Of a stretch of DNA of 64,000 nt, positions 40,707 to 49,146 are shown piece after piece; the stretch's first letter is position 1; each line of letters opens with the position of its first letter. Source of the DNA: Armatimonadota bacterium (GTDB lineage: Bacteria; Armatimonadota; SYMT01); the NCBI GenBank assembly GCA_046292385.1, contig JBKBRF010000004.1, positions 111,654 through 175,653 on the forward strand, written 5' to 3'. Under the pieces are notes generated by a model. That model saw only the letters and a list, made by a program, of their open reading frames with translations. It was not told the origin of the DNA and ran no database searches. Made by a program: the position numbers and the translations under genes.

Positions 40707-41537
40707 TCAGTCCTTCGATAGTTGACGGGTGACCCGCCAGAGGCAGAGCGCCGCGAGGGCTCCGTACACCCCTGCGGTCTGCCAGACGGGTGGATAGACG
40801 TAGAAATACTCATTCGCGCTCAGATGGCGGTAGAGCCAGCCGAAGCGGAGCACGTCGGTCTCGAGCGCGCTGCCGACCGCCGTGACCGGGTTCGGGAGCA
40901 GGGCCCAGTTGATCCAGCGCTCCGGAGTTTCCATTTGACGGTAGAACGGCTCCAGACCTGCGAGCGCCAGGATCGCCGCCGCCAGTATTAGGAGTGCCAG
41001 CGGCACCGCCAGCGCCGGATACCGCACGCGGCTGGTGAGCCAGAGCCCCAGCGCCGCGAAGGCGGCACTCTGGACCAGCAGCAGCAGGTGCGCCTGGATC
41101 GTGCCGAAGACCGGAAGCTCGTAACCGCCCAGGGCCACCGCCAGCGCCACTCCCAGTGAGAGGGCCAGCAGCGCGGTCACCGGATAGAGCACCGCGGCGA
41201 GCGCGCCGGCGGTGATCGTGAGCGGGGAGAGCCGCGTCCGGCGGTACTCCTCCAGGTGGCCGTCCCGCTCCAGCCGGCGCCAGAGCAGCGCCCCGCGCAC
41301 CGCCGCCCAGGGGAGCGCGATCACGGTTTCCGCCACCAGCGACATGCCGATCCAGCGGTCGAGCATCCGGGGCCGCAGGAAGGCGTACTCCGCCATCTCA
41401 AGCCAGTAACGCTGCAGCGCCGCGCCCGCGGCGCCCGCCACGAAGAGCAGCAGCAGGACCGCCCACGCACGGCCGCTGCTTCGCCCCAGCCGGGACGCGT
41501 GCCGTGCTACCGGGTTGTCCCAGATGCGTGCCGCCAT
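40707..41537 (-). CDS. Polytopic membrane protein (six to seven transmembrane helices), function unknown
   Basis: Hydropathy reading of the 276-aa ORF. No recognizable catalytic motif. Confidence 0.45.
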   Translation of the reverse strand: MAARIWDNPVARHASRLGRSSGRAWAVLLLLFVAGAAGAALQRYWLEMAEYAFLRPRMLDRWIGMSLVAETVIALPWAAVRGALLWRRLERDGHLEEYRRTRLSPLTITAGALAAVLYPVTALLALSLGVALAVALGGYELPVFGTIQAHLLLLVQSAAFAALGLWLTSRVRYPALAVPLALLILAAAILALAGLEPFYRQMETPERWINWALLPNPVTAVGSALETDVLRFGWLYRHLSANEYFYVYPPVWQTAGVYGALAALCLWRVTRQLSKD

Positions 41538-41639
41538 GACGTGCAGTCGAGTTACTCTCCGGTTCGGATAGGAAAAGCCGTGCCAGTTACCGCGTTAGAC
41601 GAGCCCGGGCACAGGTGAGAAGCAGAGAAAACAAGGAGA

Positions 41640-42461
41640 TTACCGGCTCCCGCTCGCCGTCTTCGCGGCGCCCGCGGGCCGGGGCGCAAACGTCACGGTC
41701 ACCGGAGTCTCGAATTTGGGGCAGATCCGCTCGTTCACCTTGTAGAGCGAGTCGTCCGTCCCTCCCGGCAGCCCGTTGTTCACGATCGCCGCCGGGTCCC
41801 GGTAGGTCGCGATCAGCGAGAGCTCCTCATCCGCCACGAACTGCCCGTCCCGCACGATGGAGCCGCTGAAGATCCACGGCCCGCGCTGCAGCGGCCGCTT
41901 TCGCTCCAGGTCCCAGACCAGGTCTTCCGCGTGCACCTTCACGCTGCGCCCGTCTCGCTTCCAGGAGACGAAGACGTCGACCGGCGAGCCCTGCGGCGGC
42001 TTCTCGTCGCCCTGCACGTCGATCCCGCCCTTCGGCTCCAGCCCGAGCAGGATCAGGCCGATCTGCAGGTGGAGCGGCCGCACGTCGAGCGAGAGCACGC
42101 TTTCGTGGAGCTTGCCGCCGGGCGCCACCGCCAGGTACTCGATGGTGCTCCGGTCCATGTTCACCTTGCCGCTGCAGGTAGCGGTGCGGCTCTTCAGGTC
42201 GACCTTCAGCTTGCCCACCTGGTAGAGGTCGTCCCCGATCTTCCGCGCGGGCGACTCTTCGGCTCCGGGAGCGCTCGTCACGGCGGCGGCCATTCCGGAC
42301 CCAAAGCACGGCGGCCGGTTGAACGCCGAGACCCCGAGGAGCCCCACCACCGCCGCGGTCGCAAGCCACCACCGGGGCGCGGGTAGATAAGGGGCGACTG
42401 GAGCGAGTGGGCGGCGAAGCATCGTCATGCGAGCGGAGGAGCCTTTCGGGTGCTGAGCCAC
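41640..42461 (-). CDS. Secreted/lipoprotein-like hypothetical protein
   Basis: N-terminal hydrophobic segment (WWLATAAVVGLLGVSAFNRPPCFGS). No motif I can assign. Confidence 0.4.
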   Translation of the reverse strand: MAQHPKGSSARMTMLRRPLAPVAPYLPAPRWWLATAAVVGLLGVSAFNRPPCFGSGMAAAVTSAPGAEESPARKIGDDLYQVGKLKVDLKSRTATCSGKVNMDRSTIEYLAVAPGGKLHESVLSLDVRPLHLQIGLILLGLEPKGGIDVQGDEKPPQGSPVDVFVSWKRDGRSVKVHAEDLVWDLERKRPLQRGPWIFSGSIVRDGQFVADEELSLIATYRDPAAIVNNGLPGGTDDSLYKVNERICPKFETPVTVTFAPRPAGAAKTASGSR

Positions 42462-42464
42462 TTT

Positions 42465-43652
42465 TTATTCCCGCATCAGGCGCGTGTCAACCCAATCGGC
42501 GTGATCGGCCGCGTCGCCGTTGTCGGCGTAGTCCACCTCCAGGCGCAGCAGCAGCACTCCCTTGAGCGGCACCTCTACCGGCAGCGGCGCATCGCCGCCG
42601 CGCACGATCGGGCTCTCCCAGAGCAGCTTGTCGTCGCCGAACACCCGGTAGACGACGCTGCCGCCGCGGCCGACCTCATCGTCGATCCCGACGAGCGAGA
42701 CGAGCTTCGCGAAGCTGCCGTCGAGCGTGTACGTCACCTGGCTGCGGCTCCGCATCCCGAGCCCGCGGGTGTAGGTGCGCCCCCGGAGACGCAGCGGCCG
42801 GCCGGAGGCAGACTGGTTCTGCCGGATGGTGAAGGCACCGTCGAGATAGGGGATGGTCCGCGACTCGCTCGGCTCCAGGTCGGAGACGTAGACGAGCTTT
42901 CCGTTCCGGACCTCCAGCGCCGTGAGGGAGGCGAGCGGCAGCTCCAGCTCCGCGCCCCAGTCCAGCTTCACGGTGAGCGACTGCTCCCCGAGCTTGACGA
43001 ACGTGCCCGTGAGACGGTCTCCGCCCCCAAGGTCGAGCGACAGCACCACCCCGGTCCGCGGAGGGGCCGCCGCTTCCGCGCGCGGCGCCAGCGCGATCGC
43101 CTGCACGCGCTCGATCGGCACGGGAATCGGGCCGCCGCCCGGGTCGATGCTCACCTTATCCGCGGCGATCCCCTGCAGCTCGCCCTGTACGCGGTCGTTC
43201 GCGAGGATCACGGTGTCCTTACCCACCGGTCCGGGCAGCGCCGCCTTCTCCTGCAGCCGAAGCGCGGAGACGCGGGGGAGGGGGATCGTGATCTCGCCCC
43301 AGCCGGCCGAAACCTTCACCTGGCGCGCCGCCGGGAACGAGAGCTTTCCGAAGACCCGGTCGCCGTTCGCCAGGCGGACCGTCGGCGTGATGGTGCGGCC
43401 CGCGACCTTCCCGAAGCTGACCTGCACCAGGTCCTTTACGGAGACGGTCAGCGGCTCTCCCTCGGAGGGGGTGAGCACGATCTGCTCCGCCGTGGCGCCC
43501 GGTTTCAGGTCGACGCCCGTGACCGTCTTCCCGTCGGCGAGCAGCACCGAGGCGTCTCCCGCCCACGCGGGGCCGGCGAGAAGCGAGCTGAGAAGCAGGA
43601 TGCCGCCGACGAGAGCGCCGGGCATGCGGGGGGATGTGGGAAGCCTGAACAA
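42465..43652 (-). CDS. Secreted protein with a C-terminal NPCBM/NEW2-like carbohydrate-binding module
   Basis: Signal peptide. The C-terminal ~130 aa (GLGMRSRSQVTYTLDGSFAKLVSLVGIDDEVGRGGSVVYRVFGDDKLLWESPIVRGGD...LLLRLEVDYADNGDAADHADWVDTRL) matches the NPCBM pattern. Confidence 0.55.
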   Translation of the reverse strand: MFRLPTSPRMPGALVGGILLLSSLLAGPAWAGDASVLLADGKTVTGVDLKPGATAEQIVLTPSEGEPLTVSVKDLVQVSFGKVAGRTITPTVRLANGDRVFGKLSFPAARQVKVSAGWGEITIPLPRVSALRLQEKAALPGPVGKDTVILANDRVQGELQGIAADKVSIDPGGGPIPVPIERVQAIALAPRAEAAAPPRTGVVLSLDLGGGDRLTGTFVKLGEQSLTVKLDWGAELELPLASLTALEVRNGKLVYVSDLEPSESRTIPYLDGAFTIRQNQSASGRPLRLRGRTYTRGLGMRSRSQVTYTLDGSFAKLVSLVGIDDEVGRGGSVVYRVFGDDKLLWESPIVRGGDAPLPVEVPLKGVLLLRLEVDYADNGDAADHADWVDTRLMRE

Positions 43653-43687
43653 CTGAACCGCCTTTATTGCTTCCGGTCTGTTTTCAA

Positions 43688-43772
43688 GTTCCAGGTCGAC
43701 AGGTTTCAGGTTCCGAGCCCCGCCTCCGGCGGCCCCAACCTGCAGCCTGCTAACGTGCTCACCTGCAACACG
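43688..43772. repeat. CAGGTT/AACCTGC heptamer-repeat element (related to 62561-62645)
   Basis: ttccaggtcgacaggtttcaggttccgag ... aacctgcagcctgctaacgtgctcacctgcaac. The second half aligns with aacctgcaacctgctaacctgcaac at 62620. Confidence 0.4.
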
Positions 43773-43777
43773 ACCGG

Positions 43778-44926
43778 CTATTTCTGGTAGATCGGGAGGA
43801 GCGCGGCCGGAACCTGGAGCGCCAGGACCCCCATCGCGGTGGCGTAGGCATAGCCCGGGCCGTCATACCAGCTTCCGTCCGGCCGCTGGGTGGAGACGAG
43901 GTGGTCCGCCAGCTTGGGGAACCAGTAGCGCCAGTACTTATCGCCCGCCTGGTACATCGCCTGGGTGCAGTAATAGTGGGCGTAAAAGGTGTGCCCGTCC
44001 CGGGTGGTGGGGCTGCGAGCCATCAGGTAGGAGAGGCCGCGCTTGCACTCCGGCGCGTTCCGCTCGCCCATCACGATCAGCGAGAGCACGCCGGCGCCGG
44101 TTCGCGCCAGGCCGGAGCCCTTCTGGTTGGTCATGTAGCTGAAGCCGCCGTCGTCGTTGTTCTGGCAGCGCTTCACGTATTCGATCGCGCGGGCGGTGGT
44201 GTCCTTGGGCACCCGCACGCCGGCGTTGGCGGCCGCCCGCAGCGCCATGATCTGGCAGATCACCACGCTGATGTCGGCATCCGCCACGCGCGGCTGGTAG
44301 CGCCAGCCGCCTTCCGCGTTCTGCGTGCGGAGGATCAGCGCCACCGCGTTCTCCAGCTTGTCCCGCAGGTCGCCGCGGCGGGTCATGCCGTACAGCTCCG
44401 CCAGGGCGAGCGTGGCGAAGCCGTGCCCGTACATCGGGGGACCCGCCTGGGCCTGCGCATTGAAGATCAGCCCGGTCCGCTGCGCGTTATTGGCGAGGTA
44501 GTCGGCCGCCTTCCGGAGCACCTGCCCGTAGGGCCCGCGGTCCGGCTGGTGCCCCGCAGCCATGAAGGCGAGGGAGCAGAGCCCGACGATCCCGACGTCC
44601 GAGCTGTAGCGGGAGTCGCCCCAGGAGCCGTCGGCGTTCTGCTGCTCCGCCAGGTACTTGAGCGCCTTCTTTGCCGCCGCCTCGGTCTTCGGCGTGCCGA
44701 GATACTCCCGCGCTTCGGCGTCGAGCCCGCCCCGTTCCTGCAGCGTAAAGCCGCTCCCGGAGATGTTCTTCCCGGAGCCGGCCTTCGGCTTGGGCGCCGG
44801 CTTCTGGGCCGGCTTGCGCTGCGCGAACGAGCTCGCCCCCGCCAGCAGCGAAGCCGCCGCAAAGCCCGCGATGAGGAGTGTGCCGATCCCTCGCTGTGCC
44901 ATCTTCCCGTTTCGTCTCATCCGCAC
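43778..44926 (-). CDS. Secreted prenyltransferase/squalene-oxidase-repeat (alpha/alpha-toroid) protein 2
   Basis: Signal peptide. Repeats EQQNADGSWGDS, RTQNAEGGWRYQP, KRCQNNDDGGFSYMTNQ, STQRPDGSWYDG. Confidence 0.6.
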   Translation of the reverse strand: MRMRRNGKMAQRGIGTLLIAGFAAASLLAGASSFAQRKPAQKPAPKPKAGSGKNISGSGFTLQERGGLDAEAREYLGTPKTEAAAKKALKYLAEQQNADGSWGDSRYSSDVGIVGLCSLAFMAAGHQPDRGPYGQVLRKAADYLANNAQRTGLIFNAQAQAGPPMYGHGFATLALAELYGMTRRGDLRDKLENAVALILRTQNAEGGWRYQPRVADADISVVICQIMALRAAANAGVRVPKDTTARAIEYVKRCQNNDDGGFSYMTNQKGSGLARTGAGVLSLIVMGERNAPECKRGLSYLMARSPTTRDGHTFYAHYYCTQAMYQAGDKYWRYWFPKLADHLVSTQRPDGSWYDGPGYAYATAMGVLALQVPAALLPIYQK

Positions 44927-45002
44927 GCCTGCGCGCCAAATCCCATGTCTGCCCAGGATCAGGAGTAGCTGCAGCCGGGGCGCGCCCCGCCTTCGGACCA
45001 GC

Positions 45003-45030
45003 TACACCCTACACCCTACACCCTACACCC
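45003..45030 (-). repeat. (TACACCC)x4 perfect heptamer repeat. On the minus strand it reads (GGGTGTA)4, a canonical G3N4G3N4G3N4G3 quadruplex motif.
   Basis: ctacaccctacaccctacaccctacacccc between the toroid-protein-2 start and the giant-protein stop. Confidence 0.55.
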
Positions 45031-45043
45031 CGGGGCGAAGCCC

Positions 45044-48000
45044 CTACTTCCGTCCATCCTTCGAGAGCCCGCTGTAGTAGCGCTGGATCAGGTCCTGGTA
45101 TTCCGCCGGGATCTTCTCCTTGTACCCCTGCCGGAGCGCGTCCTGGCTGCGCGGGTCGAGGCCGGCGAAGCCGCGGTTGGTCGGGTCGTAGCCGGCCTGG
45201 GGACCGCCCTGGAGGCCGGTGCGGCGCTGGAGCGACCGCAGCGCGGGGGAGTTGCCCTGCTGGGCCTGGCCGGGTGAGGGTTGGCCCTGTCCCGCCTGCT
45301 GCTCTTGCTGCCCCTGCTGGCGGCCGGCCTGCTGCTGACGCTGCTGCTGCTGGCGCTGCTGCTGCTGTTGGCGGGCCATCTGCTGGGTCAGCTTCAGCGC
45401 CTCGCTCAGCTTGATGATCGCCTGCGACTCCTGCTCCTGCACCGGCTCGCCGGACTGCGACCGGTCGAGGCCGCGCTTCGCCTCCGACATGTGACCGCTC
45501 GCGGCCTTGATCCGGGAGGAGATCTGTCCGTTCCGCTTCAGGGCTTCCGCCACCTCGTCGGCGAACTTCCGCGCTTCCTCCTGCTGCCGCGCCGCTTCCG
45601 CGATCTGGTCCTTCTGGGCCGGCGTCAGCTCGTCGCCGCTGCGGTTGTCGTCGACGTCCTGGGTCTGCGCGCGGATGCCCTGCTCCATGAACCGGAGCAG
45701 GCGGATCTCCGCCAGGCGGCGCTGGATCTCCTTGTCGTCCTGCTGCTGCTGCTGGCCGCCCTGCTGCTGGCCGCCCTGCTGCTGGCCGCCGCCATCCTGC
45801 TCGTCGTTATCGTCCGGGTTGGGATCGAGCGCGTTCTTGAGCTGCTCCAGCAGGGAGGCCGCGCGGCCCTGCGCCTGCTGGGTCGGGTTCGCGCCCGCGT
45901 TGCCCTGCTCCAGGCCCTGCTTGGCGCGCTCCATCTGCCGGCGGGCCTGCCGGGAGAAGCTCTTGAAGACGTCGCTGGGCAGCTCCGCCTCCAGCTTCTG
46001 GGTGTCTGCCTCCAGGTCGCGCTGCTGCGCGGGGAGCTCGCCGAGCTGGCGGGTCGCTTCCGCCTGGCGGGTGCCCTGCTGGATCGCCTTCTGCCGCGCC
46101 ACGAGCTGTTCCAGCGACTTCCGCAGCTCCGCGAACGGGTCCTGCCGCTCCTGTCCCTGGGCTTCCGCCTGCGCCTGCTGCAGGCTCTCCATGGCGCGCC
46201 GCATCGCCTGCATCGCCCGCTGCTGCTGCTGCTGGGCCTGCTGCTGGCCGTTCTGGCCCTGGCTCAGCGACTGGCTCGCCTGCTGGCTCTGCTCCCCCGC
46301 CTGCTCCAGCTGCTGCGCCGCGCGGCCGGCGGAGGGAGTCTGCCGCTGCAGCCGCTGGAGCTGCCGCGCCAGGCTGCGCGCCTCCCGCTCGATCTCCCGC
46401 TGGCGCTGCGCCAGCTCGGCGCGCTGCTGCGGCGACATGAGCTGCCGCGCCTGCTGCTGCGCCTCCTGCTGCTGGGTCATCAGCCGCTGCAGCCGGCGCG
46501 ACGCCTGGCGGAGCTGCCGCTGCACGTTGCGCGGGTCGTTCGGATCGGCGGCGCTGCGGAGCTGCTCCGCCGCCTGCTCCAGCGCCTCCGCCGCCTGCTG
46601 CTGCTGGGAGTTCGCCTGGCCCAGCGAGTTCCGGCTGGCGTTCTGCGCCGCCTGGCTCTGCTGCTCCGTCACGCCGCTGCGCTGGAGGTCCTGCGCCGTC
46701 TCCCGCGCCGCTTCCGCCTGCGCCCCGTTCGCGCTGCGCATCGCCTCGGCGGCGCGCTGCAGGTCCTGGAGCGCCTCGGCCGTGGCGCGCTGGAGGTTCG
46801 CCTGCTGCTGCGCGTTCTCCTGAAGCTGCGCGCGCTGCTCGGCCGAAAGCTCGCTCATCTCCCGGCCGAGGGTCTGCGGCAGCATCTTGCGCGTCTCCGC
46901 CTGGAGCTGGCGCTGCTGCTGCGCGAGCCGCTCGAACCGCTGAGCCATCCGCTGCAGCTCGCTGCCGGGGCGGAGGAGCTGCTCGATCTTCTGCAGCTCC
47001 TGCTGGATCTGCTGCTGCTCGCCGGACGCCTGCGAGAGCTCGGAGCGAGCCTGCTGCGCGTTCGACTGCGCCTGGGCCTGCGCGCTGCCGATCCGGTTGG
47101 CGGCTTGCGGCACCTGGTTCTTCGAGAGCTGGTCGAGCCGCTGCTGCGCGTTCTGCTGCGACTGCACGTCTGCCTGCGGCGCCAGGTTGTTCGTCTCCGC
47201 CATGCGGCGCAGGTCCTGGACCCGCCGCGCGAGATCGGCTGCCGTGAAGCCGACGGAGCGCTGCCGCTCTTCCGCGGAGGCGAGCGCGTCGGCGTTCGGC
47301 GCGCCGCGGCGCCGCTCGGCTTCCACCTCGGCGCGGCTGCCCTTCTGCTCCTTCTGCAGCTCGCGCAGCGCCGCCAGGATCTCAGCCCGCTGCTCCTCGT
47401 ACCGGCGGTTCGCCTCCGCCTCGTCGATGATCCGGAGCTGGAACTCGCCGGTCTTCCCGACGTGCGGCCCGTTCAAGTTGTCGTAGTCGAGCGCCTCCGC
47501 GCGGTAGCGCACCAGGTCGCCCGGCTTGAGATTCAGCGCCCCGAGCTCCCAGAGGCTGGTCAGCTCGAGCTGCTTCTCGCGCCGCCCGCCTTGACCCGCC
47601 GGCATCGACCGGGAGGCGCCCTCGCCGACCCGGTAGGGGACTCGCACTGTCGCGATGCCGTAGTCGTCTTTCGCCGTGATCACCAGCTTGATGCGGGCGT
47701 TGGGGACGACGTCGAGGTCCCCGGCGGGGTCGAGAAGCTGGACTTCCGGCGTCTGGTCGCGGATCGCCTTGATCGGAAACGTCTGCGGCTCGGGAGCGAA
47801 GAAACCGTCGGTGTCTTTCAGCCGCAGCGCGTAGTGGCCGTTGTCCTTGACGGTGAGCGCGCCGGCGACGGTGTCGCCCTTCACGCTCCAGGGGGCCGGC
47901 TTCGCCTTCGGCAGCGTCGCCTCCGCAATCTCCAGCGGCTTGTTCGCCTTCAGCTCCAGCTCCACGAGCGTCCCGACCGGCGCGGCCACCCCGCCGGAGT

Positions 48001-48910
48001 CGGAGCTTACCGTCTCCGCCGGGCGCGCCATGTACTCCGGGAAGGTGAGCTTCAGCTTCGCGCCGATCACCGCCGCCGGGTCGACCACCACCACCTCACC
48101 CTGGTCGGTAATCCCGTCGCCGGCGGTTGCGTAGTACTCCATCCGCTCCGTGAGCGAGGCGAAGCGGTGCTCGAACGGCTGTCCCATCCCGCTCTTCAGC
48201 GCTACCGACTGCCACGCGCCGCCGTTGAAGCGGAAGTGGAGCCGGCCGCGGTCGACCGACTTTCCTTCCTGGCTCACGTTCAGCTCGAAGTCAGTGCCGC
48301 GGAGGAGCTTGGCGCTGAGCGGGGAGACCTGGATCCGGGTGTCCCGCCAGACCGGCGTGTTCATGAGCGCCATGCGCTGCAGGAAGGCGGAGAAGGCCGG
48401 CCCCGCCGCCACCACGTGGAGCAGGAGCGCCAGGAGCACGACTCCGAGGCCGGTGGCCGACCGCATCAGCCCGGTCCGCGCGAACGCCGCCTGGAAGTTG
48501 AGCCCCCCGGCCTCCTGCTCCGCCTCTCGCTCCAGGTCGTGCAGCAGCGCCGCGGACATTCCCTGGCGCTGCTCCGGGGTGAGGCCGCGGAACTCCACCG
48601 CGGAGAGGAGCCGCTCGCGGAGCTGCGGGTACTTCCGTTCGACGAGGACCGCGATCTCCTCCGGGCTGCGCCGCTGCAGCAGCGGCCGCAGGATCAGGAA
48701 GAGGAAGAGGCCGGAGAAGAGGACGCCCAGCACGGCCCACACCGCCAGCCGGACCCGCATGGGGAAGACGAGCCAGCGGTCCAGATGGAAGCAGACGAGG
48801 AACGCGGCGAGCAGGACCGCGGTGGTCCACAGGGTTCCTTCGGCGGCCAGGAGCGCGCGCCAGTAACTGCGGGCACGGTCCAGCCTGGCGTTCAGCGCCA
48901 TCTGGGTCAT
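45044..48910 (-). CDS. Giant (1288-aa) membrane-anchored protein with an extracytoplasmic beta-rich region, a long Q/E/R-rich coiled-coil and a poly-Q tail
   Basis: Two N-terminal transmembrane helices (LWTTAVLLAAFLVCFHL; LAVWAVLGVLFSGLFLFLIL). ~400 aa of mixed sequence. ~500 aa of Q/A/E/R-rich heptad-like sequence. The C-terminal stretch QQQQQRQQQQRQQQAGRQQGQQEQQAGQGQ. The plus-strand L-rich ORF 45281-48958 and the Cys-rich ORF 45507-46823 are antisense shadows of it. Confidence 0.6.
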   Translation of the reverse strand: MTQMALNARLDRARSYWRALLAAEGTLWTTAVLLAAFLVCFHLDRWLVFPMRVRLAVWAVLGVLFSGLFLFLILRPLLQRRSPEEIAVLVERKYPQLRERLLSAVEFRGLTPEQRQGMSAALLHDLEREAEQEAGGLNFQAAFARTGLMRSATGLGVVLLALLLHVVAAGPAFSAFLQRMALMNTPVWRDTRIQVSPLSAKLLRGTDFELNVSQEGKSVDRGRLHFRFNGGAWQSVALKSGMGQPFEHRFASLTERMEYYATAGDGITDQGEVVVVDPAAVIGAKLKLTFPEYMARPAETVSSDSGGVAAPVGTLVELELKANKPLEIAEATLPKAKPAPWSVKGDTVAGALTVKDNGHYALRLKDTDGFFAPEPQTFPIKAIRDQTPEVQLLDPAGDLDVVPNARIKLVITAKDDYGIATVRVPYRVGEGASRSMPAGQGGRREKQLELTSLWELGALNLKPGDLVRYRAEALDYDNLNGPHVGKTGEFQLRIIDEAEANRRYEEQRAEILAALRELQKEQKGSRAEVEAERRRGAPNADALASAEERQRSVGFTAADLARRVQDLRRMAETNNLAPQADVQSQQNAQQRLDQLSKNQVPQAANRIGSAQAQAQSNAQQARSELSQASGEQQQIQQELQKIEQLLRPGSELQRMAQRFERLAQQQRQLQAETRKMLPQTLGREMSELSAEQRAQLQENAQQQANLQRATAEALQDLQRAAEAMRSANGAQAEAARETAQDLQRSGVTEQQSQAAQNASRNSLGQANSQQQQAAEALEQAAEQLRSAADPNDPRNVQRQLRQASRRLQRLMTQQQEAQQQARQLMSPQQRAELAQRQREIEREARSLARQLQRLQRQTPSAGRAAQQLEQAGEQSQQASQSLSQGQNGQQQAQQQQQRAMQAMRRAMESLQQAQAEAQGQERQDPFAELRKSLEQLVARQKAIQQGTRQAEATRQLGELPAQQRDLEADTQKLEAELPSDVFKSFSRQARRQMERAKQGLEQGNAGANPTQQAQGRAASLLEQLKNALDPNPDDNDEQDGGGQQQGGQQQGGQQQQQDDKEIQRRLAEIRLLRFMEQGIRAQTQDVDDNRSGDELTPAQKDQIAEAARQQEEARKFADEVAEALKRNGQISSRIKAASGHMSEAKRGLDRSQSGEPVQEQESQAIIKLSEALKLTQQMARQQQQQRQQQQRQQQAGRQQGQQEQQAGQGQPSPGQAQQGNSPALRSLQRRTGLQGGPQAGYDPTNRGFAGLDPRSQDALRQGYKEKIPAEYQDLIQRYYSGLSKDGRK

Positions 48911-49146
48911 CGGGGAATACTCCTCCCTCCGCGGCTGGGATGCGGGTTACCCGGTTAGACGCGGCCTTCTCCTGAAGGTTTCGGCGGCAGCCGCAAACGC
49001 GGCCGCCGGATAGCGGGAGTATAGCGCGGGATGCGCGCGCTGGCAGGGGTGCTGCGCCTTGAACAGGTAGCTCGGCACCTCGACGCGGCCTCACTCCGAT
49101 CCGAGGGGGTGGGGGAGGCCGCGTGAGAAGCAGTCGTCCGCGCCCG

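Noticed and set aside
43700-43735. tRNA T-arm-like ggttccgagcc
   Set aside because: It has an extra nucleotide relative to the GGTTCGAGTCC consensus and there is no acceptor/anticodon stem pairing around it. It is part of the CAGGTT repeat element instead.
45281-48958. 1225-aa plus-strand ORF (Leu/Arg-rich) and 438-aa Cys-rich ORF at 45507-46823
   Set aside because: They are antisense or frame-shifted shadows of the Q/E-rich minus-strand giant gene (CAG read as CTG). They have no transmembrane or domain logic. The minus-strand frame has transmembrane helices and sensible composition.
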